Source: an uncultured Pseudomonadales bacterium (GTDB lineage: Bacteria > Patescibacteriota > Microgenomatia > UBA1400 > PJMF01). Taken from it: a DNA stretch of 64,000 nucleotides. Positions 9,136 to 20,000 of this stretch are shown here, one piece after another. The translations under genes and the position numbers were made by a program. The notes beneath the pieces are model-generated. The model worked only from the letters and a program-made list of their open reading frames with translations, searched no databases and was not told the origin of the DNA. The DNA lies in NCBI GenBank assembly GCA_964607285.1, contig CAZSJW010000001.1:2514-66513 (forward strand), read 5' to 3'. Within the stretch, counting starts at the first letter, position 1; every line of letters begins with the position of its first letter.

Positions 9136-9936
9136 TCATCCCCCTGCCCCACTGTATTGTCTCAGAGCAAGTTTCCAAATAATCAAACTAAGACCTAGAA
9201 GTCCAATTCCCGCTAGTACGGTGCCAGCTATTGTGTATACATGGATTGAACCAAGTAGCACAGTTGTTGGAATAGTCACCATAAGTCCCACAGGCATAAC
9301 AAAGTACAGTATAGACCTGAGTGGCTCTTGATACACTGTGACTGGAAACTGTCCAAGCCTGATCAAGTCTCTGTATAACCAAATAACACCATCCACATCA
9401 ACAATAATGATGCCTGCTGCCATAACAAGAATATGCATTCCCAGCGCGATTAGATAGCCATTTGCCAAAAGTAACAGATACCACAAGATGCCGGAGAGTG
9501 ACAGGACAATGTCTAGCTTACTTACGATCCAGAGCGAAACTCCAACAACTGGTAGTAAGAAAAGTGCATCGTTAATATCAGGATGACCCATGAGTGCTCG
9601 AAACAAAGGGCTGATGGGTTTGCTCAGGTAGCTATCAAACCGTCCATCTCGGATTAGCGGGGAAAACATGTAGACACCACGAAATAACACCGCTGTGCTC
9701 ACATCTAAAAATTGATACGTGAGGAAGAATACTACAACTTGATCTGGGCTGTATCCTGCCATGCCTGCTTCTGATTTCCTCAGTACAAATAAAAACACTA
9801 GCATCATACAGAAGCGAACCGTTTTGCCAAAGAAAAATAAAGCGTTCGTCCAAGGAGATATAAATGTTTGTTGGAGTGCGTTGGAAGCAGTTGTGAACCA
9901 AATAAGCCAGTAGGTTTTTAGTCTCCGTAAAGTCAT
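9136..9936 (-). CDS. ABC-2-type transporter permease, type-B paralog 3
   Basis: About 6 TM segments. Mid-protein motif RDGRFDSYLSKPISP is shared with 11801..12592 and 13393..14193. C-terminal tail RQYSGAGG. ATG at 9936, 1 nt after the upstream stop, aligns best with the paralog N-termini; the tracked start is 9957. Confidence 0.8.
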   Translation of the reverse strand: MTLRRLKTYWLIWFTTASNALQQTFISPWTNALFFFGKTVRFCMMLVFLFVLRKSEAGMAGYSPDQVVVFFLTYQFLDVSTAVLFRGVYMFSPLIRDGRFDSYLSKPISPLFRALMGHPDINDALFLLPVVGVSLWIVSKLDIVLSLSGILWYLLLLANGYLIALGMHILVMAAGIIIVDVDGVIWLYRDLIRLGQFPVTVYQEPLRSILYFVMPVGLMVTIPTTVLLGSIHVYTIAGTVLAGIGLLGLSLIIWKLALRQYSGAGG

Positions 9937-9937
9937 G

Positions 9938-10729
9938 TTATTGTCCTGCAGCCGCATACTGCTTCATACCACGTCGCCATACGGTACGGATGACTATGGT
10001 GCCTATACAGAGCCAAGCTACAAAAATCACTGTATGTTGGAGCAGTGTGCTTGTGTCTAATTTTCCTAAGAAAAGCTGAGTTTGCACGAATGACAGGTAG
10101 GGCAAAGGAGTGAGAAACAGAATTGTTTGAATAGCTTCAGGTAAAATATCTAGAGGAAATAACTTCCCTGCGGTAAAATCAAGCATAATAAAGAATAGGA
10201 ATCGTGGTGCCCACGTTTCTGGACTCCAAAAGCCAATTGAGCCGAGAAGGGAAAGGATAATACCGTTTAAGTACACCGCACCTAGTGTCCAGAAACCAAA
10301 CAAGAGCAGTGTACTGCCCGAAGGTAGATGCAACGATGGAGTGAACATTGACCATAATAGTACAGACTCAGCAACTAAAAATAAGAAATTTTTAAGTTTG
10401 TCTGCAACCTCTTGGATAAAAAAATACCCAAATATACTCATAGGGCGAATTAGAATAATACTTAACCCTCCAGAATAGATAAACTCTGACATACCATGCA
10501 AACTGCTACTGAGTACAACACTTTGCAGGAGAGAGATAAGAAAAATGTATGTTATGGCACTCTCTTGTGTGTATCCTGCCACAGTAGTATCATTTCCAAG
10601 CAACAATGACCACACCGTGAGTGCCATGAATGTAGCCATGAAATTGCGAAATCGCCATAAGAGAACACTGGTGCGATACACAAAACCATTTTGCCAAGTA
10701 GTTGAGAAAAGTTGCAGGTACTTTTTCAT
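9938..10729 (-). CDS. ABC-2-type transporter permease, type-A paralog 3
   Basis: Multi-TM. Motifs GYTQESAITY and SGGLSIILIRPMS are shared with 12595..13377 and 14197..15036. Tail KQYAAAGQ. Confidence 0.8.
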   Translation of the reverse strand: MKKYLQLFSTTWQNGFVYRTSVLLWRFRNFMATFMALTVWSLLLGNDTTVAGYTQESAITYIFLISLLQSVVLSSSLHGMSEFIYSGGLSIILIRPMSIFGYFFIQEVADKLKNFLFLVAESVLLWSMFTPSLHLPSGSTLLLFGFWTLGAVYLNGIILSLLGSIGFWSPETWAPRFLFFIMLDFTAGKLFPLDILPEAIQTILFLTPLPYLSFVQTQLFLGKLDTSTLLQHTVIFVAWLCIGTIVIRTVWRRGMKQYAAAGQ

Positions 10730-10736
10730 TGGCTAC

Positions 10737-11759
10737 TTAGTTTGATTTTGGTTTTTTCGTGCTTTGTTTTTCAAACACCTCACGAATGATTGCTTCAATT
10801 GGTGGTTCCTCAATGTTCACGTCTTGCACTGGTAATTTATTGAGAATTTGCGCAGCAACTTTGGTGGCAGTTGCTCGGGGAACTAGAATGGTTGCCGTAT
10901 ATGCAGATCCATCTTCACTATGTTCTTTGACTTCACCAAACTGTTTGAGAGCAGAGCGAGTTACGGGTTCTGAAAAAGTAAACGACAAAATCTTATTCCG
11001 TGCAAAAGTATCGATGATTTTTTGCAGCTCACCATCAAATATTTTCTGACCACGGTCAATAATGATAGCGCGTTTGCACAGTTCTTTGACGTCTCCCATG
11101 TAGTGGCTGGTCAGGATAATTGTTGATCCAAACTCTTTGTTATACTGTTTTATAAAGTCTCGTAAGGTTTTTTGCATTACCACATCAAGTCCAATGGTTG
11201 GTTCATCCAAAAATAATACTTGTGGGTTATGGAGTAGTGCAGCTATAAGTTCACATTTCATACGTTGGCCTAAAGACAGTTTCCTCACTTGCACATCTAG
11301 AATTTCTGAAACATCTAGAAGGTCAACTAACGTACTCAGTGTTTTTTTGAACTGAGCCTCTGGTATCTCATAAATTGCTTTGTTGAGCAAAAATGTCTCC
11401 ATGGCGGGCAAGTCCCACCATAGTTGATTTTTTTGACCCATCACTAGTGCAAATTGTTTTTGAAATTCTGGTTTGCGATCCCAGGGGTTGTAGCCGAGTA
11501 CATTGACTGAACCTTCAGTCGGATACAGCAAGCCCGAAAGCATTTTGAGTGTTGTAGTTTTTCCCGCACCATTTTGGCCAATGAAACCAACAACTTCACC
11601 AGGTTGAATAGTGAAACTAACATCATCTACCGCTTTGACTTCGTGATACTCTCTATGCCAGAGCGACTTGAATGAACCAAGCAAGCCTGCTTCTTTATGA
11701 TAAACCTTGAAATATTTTTTGAGGTTTTGGATGGAGATGATGGGCGGTGTGTCTGACAT
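10737..11759 (-). CDS. ABC transporter ATP-binding protein (the only NBD in the cluster)
   Basis: Walker A GQNGAGKTT, signature LSLGQRMK, Walker B VLFLDEPTIGLD, H-loop TSHYM. About 100-aa C-terminal extra domain. Confidence 0.92.
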   Translation of the reverse strand: MSDTPPIISIQNLKKYFKVYHKEAGLLGSFKSLWHREYHEVKAVDDVSFTIQPGEVVGFIGQNGAGKTTTLKMLSGLLYPTEGSVNVLGYNPWDRKPEFQKQFALVMGQKNQLWWDLPAMETFLLNKAIYEIPEAQFKKTLSTLVDLLDVSEILDVQVRKLSLGQRMKCELIAALLHNPQVLFLDEPTIGLDVVMQKTLRDFIKQYNKEFGSTIILTSHYMGDVKELCKRAIIIDRGQKIFDGELQKIIDTFARNKILSFTFSEPVTRSALKQFGEVKEHSEDGSAYTATILVPRATATKVAAQILNKLPVQDVNIEEPPIEAIIREVFEKQSTKKPKSN

Positions 11760-11800
11760 ATGAGCTTCCTTGGATATATTGTACAGGATGTGCTAGTGTA

Positions 11801-12592
11801 TTAGGAGCTTACAGATGTATACGCTCTCAGCGCATACTTCCAGGCATATCGATGTAAGACATAAAAAATACAAAGTAAGACACACTCATAGAATACTAGC
11901 TGCCATGGTCTGTGTCCTAGCAGGAACAAGGTGGGGACATAGCCTAAGAATGCTACTGGGACGATAGCAATCAGCACGAACTGGAGTGATCCAGGAAAAA
12001 TGGAAATGGGATACTGTCCTGAGTCACTTGTTTTATCAAACAGTTCTAAAATCTGCTCAGCTCGAGTCATAACAAAGCCGAGTGTGGCGTACGTTGTCAA
12101 TGCAAAGTAGTGTACGAGCAAGCCTAACGAGACGACACAAAGTGCCAGCAGACTATTGGTGAGGCTGAGTTGCTCATGGACTTGTGATGCTTGATGTAGA
12201 AACAGTGCAATACAGAGGCCAAGCAGAGGAAGTTGGGTAAGGTCAGGTTTGCCCCAGGCTATGAAAAAAATAGGAGAAATTGGTTTGGTAAGATACTGGT
12301 CAACAACACCATGTCTGATTCCATCCCACAAGAATGATCGTAGGGCAACTATGTAGAGAATAAAGGCTATTGTGTACATGATGAAACACACACTGAGCAG
12401 CAGGGTGGACTCAGTCCGATTCCAGCTACCAAGTTCAGGTGCACGTTGGTACGCAAGTTGTTGCACCATGAATAACACGCCCATGTAGGCGGGCCCGTGT
12501 AGGAAGTGCACAAATGTATTCAGACGAAACGCAAGCAACACTTGCAGTCTTGTGAGAAATAACAGGTAATAAATATTGAGGTATCTCATCAT
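11801..12592 (-). CDS. ABC-2-type transporter permease, type-B paralog 2
   Basis: Multi-TM. Motif HGVVDQYLTKPISP. Tail RAYTSVSS. Confidence 0.8.
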   Translation of the reverse strand: MMRYLNIYYLLFLTRLQVLLAFRLNTFVHFLHGPAYMGVLFMVQQLAYQRAPELGSWNRTESTLLLSVCFIMYTIAFILYIVALRSFLWDGIRHGVVDQYLTKPISPIFFIAWGKPDLTQLPLLGLCIALFLHQASQVHEQLSLTNSLLALCVVSLGLLVHYFALTTYATLGFVMTRAEQILELFDKTSDSGQYPISIFPGSLQFVLIAIVPVAFLGYVPTLFLLGHRPWQLVFYECVLLCIFYVLHRYAWKYALRAYTSVSS

Positions 12593-12594
12593 AT

Positions 12595-13377
12595 CTAGAT
12601 TCCAGTTCCCTCATATTCCTGTATGCCCATACGCCAAAGCCATTGATTTCCAATATGCAGTACCACACCCCAGAGTGCTAGGGTACACAGACCGATAAGA
12701 CTTTCCTGTACAGTCAGTGCTCCTTGCAGGAGCCGTATTGGTGTTGAGGCTAAATGGGGGAAGGGTGTGAGAATAAGTATAGATTGTGCCCATTCAGGGA
12801 AGTAGTCAAAGGGTAGTAATAGCCCAGATAAAAAACGAAACAACACCGTCAAACCCCAGCGGACTGCAAAAATTTCAGTAAACCAAAATGCGCACACACT
12901 GATACTGCTGAGCAGTAAAAATGATACATAAAAAATAAGTGGAATATAGAGACTAAATAGTGCAAGTTGCAGTGACTCGGCATGAAATGAAAAACCAAAC
13001 ATATAAGCAAGGGGAACAAATGAAACAGCCTTCAACAGTGTGGCCAGCCCTGACTCGGCACCGATTTTGACCACATAAAACCAGTGTGGTGAAATTGGTT
13101 TAACTAAAAAACGAGATAAACCACCCTGCTTGATGTCTACTTCAATTTCATACGGGTGAAAGTTGCTGAGTGTGTAGAGAATTGCTGCACCAACAAAGTA
13201 GGTGATTGTTTCTGCTCTTGTGTAGCTGGCTGCAGGATTTGACTGCTCTACCGCCAACCATACCAGTGCAGTGAAGACAATCATGAGACTGTACTTTATC
13301 GTACTTAGCAGAAAATTAACCCGATACTCTAATGTATCTTGGATGGCAATTTTGGTAATCAAACCGTACACAGACAT
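12595..13377 (-). CDS. ABC-2-type transporter permease, type-A paralog 2
   Basis: Multi-TM. Motifs SYTRAETITY and QGGLSRFLVKPISP. Tail QEYEGTGI. Confidence 0.8.
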   Translation of the reverse strand: MSVYGLITKIAIQDTLEYRVNFLLSTIKYSLMIVFTALVWLAVEQSNPAASYTRAETITYFVGAAILYTLSNFHPYEIEVDIKQGGLSRFLVKPISPHWFYVVKIGAESGLATLLKAVSFVPLAYMFGFSFHAESLQLALFSLYIPLIFYVSFLLLSSISVCAFWFTEIFAVRWGLTVLFRFLSGLLLPFDYFPEWAQSILILTPFPHLASTPIRLLQGALTVQESLIGLCTLALWGVVLHIGNQWLWRMGIQEYEGTGI

Positions 13378-13392
13378 ACCAGGTATTGTAAA

Positions 13393-14193
13393 CTAACTCC
13401 CAGCACCCGCGTAGCGCAAGACGGAGTAGTGAAAAAATGTTCGTGCAGCAACAGTACTTACAATAGCAAAGGCCATAAAGTAGAGTAGCCAGTTGAGTTC
13501 CCATCTCCCAAGCAAGACTTCTGCGGGTATAGAACTCAGTAATCCAAATGGGAGTATTACAGTGAAGAGAAGTGCGCCCATTCCTTGATAGATACCACGA
13601 GGAACTTGAAACACTCTGCGTAGTCCTGGAATAATGTCGTTTATATTGTTGAGTCGCTCTACATAAAATGCCATTGTGGAAATTGCAAACCAAGTGTTGT
13701 AAATAATCAGCAGGCTGCATCCTAGTAGTGCAGTGTATGCTGCAATCGTTAGAAGACTTATAGGTACTCCAACTTTTTGTACACTCCACCACAAAATGCC
13801 CGCACCAATAATGAGTCGTGAGATCTGGGAATAGTTATTATCATGAATAGCCAGTAATAGTTGTGGATCCACAGGACGCAGTAAGAAGAGGTCAAAACTG
13901 CCATCAAATATGGATTGCGTGTACACACGCATTATTCTGTTAAAGAACGACCAGGTGAAGGAGTCTAGAATTGTGAATGTTGCTAACAGCACATATAACT
14001 CTGCGGTGTTCCACCCTGCAATAGTACCGTTGACTCGTAGCAGCAAGGCAAAAAAGAAAAAGTTGAACAGTGTCCATAGTATTGAAATAAAGGACCAAAA
14101 ATAAAAATTTGCTCTGTACTCAAACAGCAGCATCAGCCTGAGAGCGCGGAACTTCCAGAACAAATACCAGTAATAACTTACTCGGTTTTGCAT
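13393..14193 (-). CDS. ABC-2-type transporter permease, type-B paralog 1
   Basis: Multi-TM. Motif FDGSFDLFLLRPVDP. Tail LRYAGAGS. Confidence 0.8.
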   Translation of the reverse strand: MQNRVSYYWYLFWKFRALRLMLLFEYRANFYFWSFISILWTLFNFFFFALLLRVNGTIAGWNTAELYVLLATFTILDSFTWSFFNRIMRVYTQSIFDGSFDLFLLRPVDPQLLLAIHDNNYSQISRLIIGAGILWWSVQKVGVPISLLTIAAYTALLGCSLLIIYNTWFAISTMAFYVERLNNINDIIPGLRRVFQVPRGIYQGMGALLFTVILPFGLLSSIPAEVLLGRWELNWLLYFMAFAIVSTVAARTFFHYSVLRYAGAGS

Positions 14194-14196
14194 GGG

Positions 14197-15036
14197 TTAT
14201 CCTCCAGATGAAGCGTACTTGCGTACCCCGCTGCGCCAAAGTGCATCCACAGCAACCCCGAGTACCACCATTGTTGCTGCCAACATGAAAAGATCGCTAG
14301 ATTCAAGCACATATCTTCCTTGCAAGACACCTATGGGCACTGCATATAAAAACTTAAACGGGAGGAGGTTCGTGATTGTTCGCAGCCAATCAGGGAGAAA
14401 CTCCAAAGGCATGAGGGTGCCGCTGAGTATGGTGATACCTAGGAGTTTGAAGTGTTCCAGGCCTTGCGCCCCTTCAAACCAAAACGTTAGAAACGTGATC
14501 AGAATGCCAATGGCAAGTTGCATGAGGTATGCCACAAAAACAAGTGCTAGGAAACGGGCGAGAGTAATTAGTGAGATGGGTGGCAATGTAGTTCCTACTA
14601 CTTCTGCTGACCAATATATGAAAATAGAAAAAACTGGCAGAAACATACTGGCGTATAAAAGCTTACCGACTGTCTCACCCAAAACAATATCAGTCAGGTA
14701 GTAGTATGGCTTGGTGAAAAATCGATCAATTTGTCCCAAGCGAATTTCATCAGACCGCCAACCTTCAAAATGCACCTCAGTGAGGTTTGAGAGCAAGGCA
14801 CTGACTAGATAGTACGTGGTGATATCCGCTAACGTGTATCCATTAATGCTATTTTGGTCAGCATACAATTCCTGCCAGATGAGAAACAGGATAGCAAATG
14901 GCAAAAAACTCATGACAATCCAAATGGCCATTTCAGTGCGAAAAACCAAGACACGAGATATTTTGAAACGGACAATATGCAGATATCGCCAGATAGAGGC
15001 TAGAAAGCTGTGCTGAAGCGTACCAATGGCATGCAT
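14197..15036 (-). CDS. ABC-2-type transporter permease, type-A paralog 1
   Basis: Multi-TM. Motifs GYTLADITTY and LGQIDRFFTKPYY. Tail RKYASSGG. First gene of the seven-gene co-directional array. Confidence 0.8.
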   Translation of the reverse strand: MHAIGTLQHSFLASIWRYLHIVRFKISRVLVFRTEMAIWIVMSFLPFAILFLIWQELYADQNSINGYTLADITTYYLVSALLSNLTEVHFEGWRSDEIRLGQIDRFFTKPYYYLTDIVLGETVGKLLYASMFLPVFSIFIYWSAEVVGTTLPPISLITLARFLALVFVAYLMQLAIGILITFLTFWFEGAQGLEHFKLLGITILSGTLMPLEFLPDWLRTITNLLPFKFLYAVPIGVLQGRYVLESSDLFMLAATMVVLGVAVDALWRSGVRKYASSGG

Positions 15037-15040
15037 GGAG

Positions 15041-15316
15041 TTACCATACAGCTTTGCGAAGAGGTTTACCAGCTTTGAAGTTGACTACACGATGAGCTTT
15101 GATAACTTGGCGTTTCTTTTCATCACCAAATGGGACAACTTCTTTGTCATCGACTTCACCAACATACAGAGTGCCAAAGCCTGAGAGCACTACTTTCTCT
15201 CCTTTTTTGAGGGTTCTAGTCATTTCTTCGATTAAGGCATCTATTGCCTCTTCTGCAGCTCGCTTAGTGAGATGAGCTTTTTTTGCGACGATAGCGACCA
15301 ATTGTGATCTTGTCAT
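15041..15316 (-). CDS. hup: HU/IHF-family DNA-binding protein
   Basis: 91 aa. MTRSQLVAIVAKKAHLTKRAAEEAIDALIEEM..L..GEKV.L.GFG and a C-terminal beta-arm ...V.FKAGK.L. Contains a small insertion in the arm region. Confidence 0.85.
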   Translation of the reverse strand: MTRSQLVAIVAKKAHLTKRAAEEAIDALIEEMTRTLKKGEKVVLSGFGTLYVGEVDDKEVVPFGDEKKRQVIKAHRVVNFKAGKPLRKAVW

Positions 15317-15416
15317 AGGTGTCCTTTCAGATGCAGTACTAGTTTGAACTATTTGTTAGGTAGAGTACACAGTCTAATATATTAGCCTGCTAAGTCAAGT
15401 AGAAGATGTAGTGCTA

Positions 15417-15800
15417 CTAGAGATACTTGTATCGCCACAATAAAGCGAGGCTGGCACCGAGTGTGTCGTAGCATATGTCACGGGCTGTGGCTGTCCTGCC
15501 AGGTACAAGTGATTGATGGTACTCATCTGAGACAGCGTATACCATGGTCAGTAAAAATGGAATGAGCCATGCAGCGTGTGTTGTAGCATTTGGGTTTGTG
15601 AGGCGATGTGCTCTATGCAGCAAAAGGTATAAGACAGCATACACACCTACATGAGCCATTTTCTTAAAGAAAAACTCATAATTGGATGCTTGAAATGACG
15701 GTAAGGCTTGCTGGGAGGAGAGGAAAAAAATCAATCCTGCCCAACAAACAGGAGGTGCGTAGGCGATAGCCCATTGAAATGTTTGTTGTGCTAGTTTCAT
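15417..15800 (-). CDS. VanZ-like membrane protein
   Basis: 127 aa, 4 TM segments. Motifs K..H...Y and SDEYHQSLVPGRTATARDICYDTLGA are typical of the VanZ family. Confidence 0.7.
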   Translation of the reverse strand: MKLAQQTFQWAIAYAPPVCWAGLIFFLSSQQALPSFQASNYEFFFKKMAHVGVYAVLYLLLHRAHRLTNPNATTHAAWLIPFLLTMVYAVSDEYHQSLVPGRTATARDICYDTLGASLALLWRYKYL

Positions 15801-16969
15801 GTCGGGTACTTTGGAGGCTGTGTATATAGTACAGTTGCACCACCCATCAGCAAAAATCCACTACCCAGTATAGCACCCAGAACTGCACCTTGTGGGATAT
15901 TCCTTTGTCTATATTCTAGAGTTCGCATAGGTTCTGTATGTGCAGAGGTGGTACTTTCTGTGTACTGTTTGAAAAGTATGGGTAGTGCAAGTGGAGGCTT
16001 TTTTTTCTTTGCAGGGGAAAGTAAGGTTCCAGGTGTTGCGGTTGGTGAAGCTTCTATCGTATGAGTGGAAAGTGAGGGGCTGGGGGAGGGAACTGTTGGG
16101 CTTGCAGCTAGAATTGTAGTTTCTGTCTGCCATTCACCTTCGATCAGTAGCAATGGTTCTCCAATGGTGCATGACGTGTACTTCGCTGAGGCAAGCACGA
16201 CGCCTGAACTAGACAGCACGAATACAGTGTCTCCAGTATTATTGAGCATATCTGCAGTCCACTTGATTGAGCTTTCGGCAAGTGGTGGAAGTGACCCTGT
16301 AGTTTGTCTTTGGTTTTGTTGTTCATCTGTGATACGTATTGTGCTGAGATCAAGTATGGTTGTTCCTGTGTTGGTGATGGTGACGTACTCATCTGTATCT
16401 GTTGCAGGGCAAGGGAAAAGCTCGGATATAGAGATTTTTGCTGGTGACGCCGTAGGTGACGGTGTGGGTAGTAGTATAGGACTTGCACTGGGACTTGATG
16501 TCGGTTGCGGTGTTGGTTCACTCAGCATACTTAGGTATGTGCCAGGACTTGGTTCGCTGATTTGCCAAGTGTTTACTGTTCTGGCCCAACTTTTGGCTTG
16601 TTCACTTGCTGAGTAGCTAAATGAATCTGTGATGTCTATTGCAGGTGTGCGCAAGGTGACCCCATCTGCTGCGTTATTCAATTTTGGGTTTTCAAAGGTG
16701 AATACTTTTGTTTCTCCAGGGTTGAGTGTTATATGCAAGGTGAGTAGCAAACTGGGCGAGCTCAGTTCATCCCAGAGTTCCCAATTGGTTAGGTCTATTG
16801 CTTCTGCATCGGGGTTATGGAGCTCGATCCATTCAGGCTCACCACTTGCTGGGTTTGGATGTAGTTCAGTAATGAGGACAGAGGAAAAAACGGGTTTCGC
16901 TCCTGCTACCAAAGCCCAAGTGTAGAACAGGCAAGTCAACATGAAAAACCGAGATACAAACATCTTCAT
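15797..16969 (-). CDS. Surface protein with two lamin-tail-domain (LTD) repeats, Pro/Ser/Thr linkers and a C-terminal TM anchor
   Basis: Signal peptide. LTD1 begins VLITELHPNPASGEPEWIELHNP, LTD2 begins ISISELFPCPATDTDEYVTITNTG. PTPQPTSSPSASP linkers. C-terminal hydrophobic segment GAVLGAILGSGFLLMGGATVLY. Confidence 0.75.
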   Translation of the reverse strand: MKMFVSRFFMLTCLFYTWALVAGAKPVFSSVLITELHPNPASGEPEWIELHNPDAEAIDLTNWELWDELSSPSLLLTLHITLNPGETKVFTFENPKLNNAADGVTLRTPAIDITDSFSYSASEQAKSWARTVNTWQISEPSPGTYLSMLSEPTPQPTSSPSASPILLPTPSPTASPAKISISELFPCPATDTDEYVTITNTGTTILDLSTIRITDEQQNQRQTTGSLPPLAESSIKWTADMLNNTGDTVFVLSSSGVVLASAKYTSCTIGEPLLLIEGEWQTETTILAASPTVPSPSPSLSTHTIEASPTATPGTLLSPAKKKKPPLALPILFKQYTESTTSAHTEPMRTLEYRQRNIPQGAVLGAILGSGFLLMGGATVLYTQPPKYPT

Positions 16970-17021
16970 GTTGTATCACTTGAAACCTACATAACCCGTA
17001 GCTTTTTATGAGCAGAGTGAA

Positions 17022-20000
17022 CTAGGTTGCAGGTGAATTACTCTTAGGTGTTTTTTGTCTTTGTAGTAGCCCTGTGGCAACTAAAAAACTGCAGACTAAC
17101 AGTATCCAGATACCAATAAAGAGTAGTATTTGTGCATCGTGAATAACTATAATTGTAGTTACCCCCTCAGGTATGAACCATCCCTGTGCCCAATTATTGA
17201 CTGTAACTTCTGCTTTGATCTGCTGATGCTTGAGTACGCTTTGGAGAGCACTCCATACAGAAGTACCATCCCAGACATAGGCTCGCCAGCCAGGGTTCCT
17301 TGACTCATTGAGTGACATCACTCCATTTTCACCGTTCAGTTCAACCCAGTATGTACCAGTTCCCCAGCGTTTTATGGTGTTTACTGCCAGATTAGTGCTA
17401 TATAGCTGAGTATTTTTTGGGATAAGGGCAACTTGTGATAACCATTCAAACGAGGCAGGCATGGGTTGTATGGAGATCGCGTTCAACTCGTTTTGTGCTA
17501 GTTCTGTTCCGTACGATCTATTTTCAAAGTGCAGACTGTATTGAGAGATAGCCTGGTTTTTCCAATCAGGCACAGTTACCCACATATCAAACTCTTTGGA
17601 AGTCATAACGTGCTCAAAATCAACGCGGTTAGTGGCTAAGTTCTCCAAGTAGGCACGAATGTTTCGACCTGCATGATTTTTACCTGTAATGCGCAGCAGT
17701 GCAGGCGTTTGATTATTTGCGTGTGGAATGATGAAGCTATCACAGCCCGTTGCGCCACCACTGTTTTCATACAGCACAGAGTTGGCAGTCATAGTTTTAT
17801 TGCGAGAACCCCTATCAAACTCTGTACATGATGCAAACTTTGTTATGTGCAGTGAATCTAGTAAGTTACTGCTAGCAATGGTTGTAAGCACTAAAGTGGG
17901 TTGGTCTTGATCAAGGCGAACACTGGTGGTGGGGAGTTGTAGTTCATTCCAGATTGCAGAAGGTATAGTGGCAGTGTGTAAGTCACTGGACTCAATCAGG
18001 ATATGGGTAGCAGAGGGAGTTGCGATAGCTGTATCGAAGTAGTTGATGGTGATTTCCTCACCGTAGCGCAGCCCAGTTAGCGACACCGCTTGCTCTGAGT
18101 TTGCTTTAAGTTCTATCACTTGCCCGTTTAATTCAATAGTAAGTGCCTCAGGTGAAACAGCAAGTGGAACAGCTACGGATGGGAGTGTCGGGAACTCGAT
18201 ACTGGTATCTCCAGCTAAGACGCGCAGTGGTGTACTGAATGCTATCTTGAGCTCGGCATCTGAGTAAGCCAGTTTTGCAGTTTGGCTAAGATATTGGCCT
18301 TGAGTCAGCGGTGGGAAAGTGAGTTCGTACTGGCCTGAAAGCGTTTCGTGTGCCACAAACGAAGGCCCATTGGATGTGTTTGTGATAGGAATACTCTCTT
18401 GCTGCAAGTTAGCAAAAGGGTAGATGGTGTGTGGGATAGTCTCATCTGCCGTAATGGTATCAGTAGTGAGGAGAGTGCTGGGATCAAATCTAGAGTACAG
18501 AGAGTTTGCAGTGGTGTACGTAGCAGATTGCACCGCACTGACGGGTGCCACGGCAACAGATTTGTTTTGGTACAGGGAAATGCTTCCCAGCGTTCCCACT
18601 TTTTCAACACCAGGTAGCATAGCCAACATGGCTTGCAGTTCTGCCACAAAGAACACCTCTTTATTCGTGTTTGGCAAATATACTGAATCGTCCAGTAGTA
18701 CATGTGCAATGTTGTATTTCTGTAGCAATCTATCTAACTGATCTACATCCTGGTTGTACACCGCTCGCTGCATTTCCAATCGGTAGGTTTCATTAAAGGG
18801 ACTCCAGACGTCAAACGAACGCCCGAGAATAGGCTGATGCATGCCGTACCAGAGAAACCCAGAGCCTGTGTACCCTCTGTGTTCCATCCAACTGTGCATA
18901 TCCCAGCCTGTATAGGTGTAGATGGGAAACACAGCAACTCTCCCATATCTGGGCCGCTTGGCAAAGTACTCCATGACCTCTGTATACTCCTCAGGCAACT
19001 TGACTCGTGCTCCTTGATACAGGAAGTGGCCCTGCATACTTGGCCAGGATAACCAAAGTACGCAGAGTACGCACACTATGCCCGTTGTGTTGCGAGCTCG
19101 CGCTATTGTCTGTTGGGTAAGTCGCCTGGAGAAAAGTTCAAACAGCCCCGATATGCCTACCGCTGCCCAGAGTGATAGAAAAAGACTAGCAGACATAGAA
19201 AGCTTAGAGTAGGGAATTCTAAAGGCTTGATTAAGAATGGGTACAAAGCGAATGGCATCTGAAACATAGGTGAGAGGCCAAGTATCTGTGAGAAGTAGCA
19301 CGAAGGTACAAACAGCCGCGATTGCCAGCCCTGTGGCGGTGGCACTTCTCTTGCTGAGTCGAACTGCTCCCCACCCAACTCCCCATAGGCTGAGCAGGGC
19401 TATACTGTACCCAATCATGCGCACTACGGGTGACTCGAGGTGCTGCTTCCATGGAGTTAAAATTAATTCAAGAGGGCTGCCACTGTCAAATCTAGCTTGG
19501 TCATATGAGTCAAATAAGAACCCTTCAAGCAGAGACACCTCGGCTAAGTTGCCAGTAGCTCTTGTGGTGTAAATAAACTCTGTGGTGGTAATTTGATTAA
19601 GCTTTGCAAACAAGTAGTGATCACCTTGGGTGGCGGTGAAATAGGCAACGGGAGCCAGCCAGTAGGCGTTAGTGGCAAGTACTATCAATACCGCTAAAAG
19701 GCTGGTACGTACGGTCTCCCATCGTTTGGGGTGTATGAAGAACGCTGTACTGGCAGCACAACCTAAAAATAGCCCGTACGTGATAAAGAGTGGCGGAATA
19801 AAGCCAATAATGGAAAGGTAAAGATTGAGTAGGAAGAACACCACGAGTTTCCTGGTGGTTCGGTTTTCCAGTAATCCTACGAAACTCCAGAGTACCCATG
19901 GGAGCACTCCGTACATGACCGCAAAGGGCTCGAGTGCCACGTAAAATGTTTGAACAGTGCCTGGATGAAGTAAGTACAGCAGCGCGCCGATTGTCGCGGC

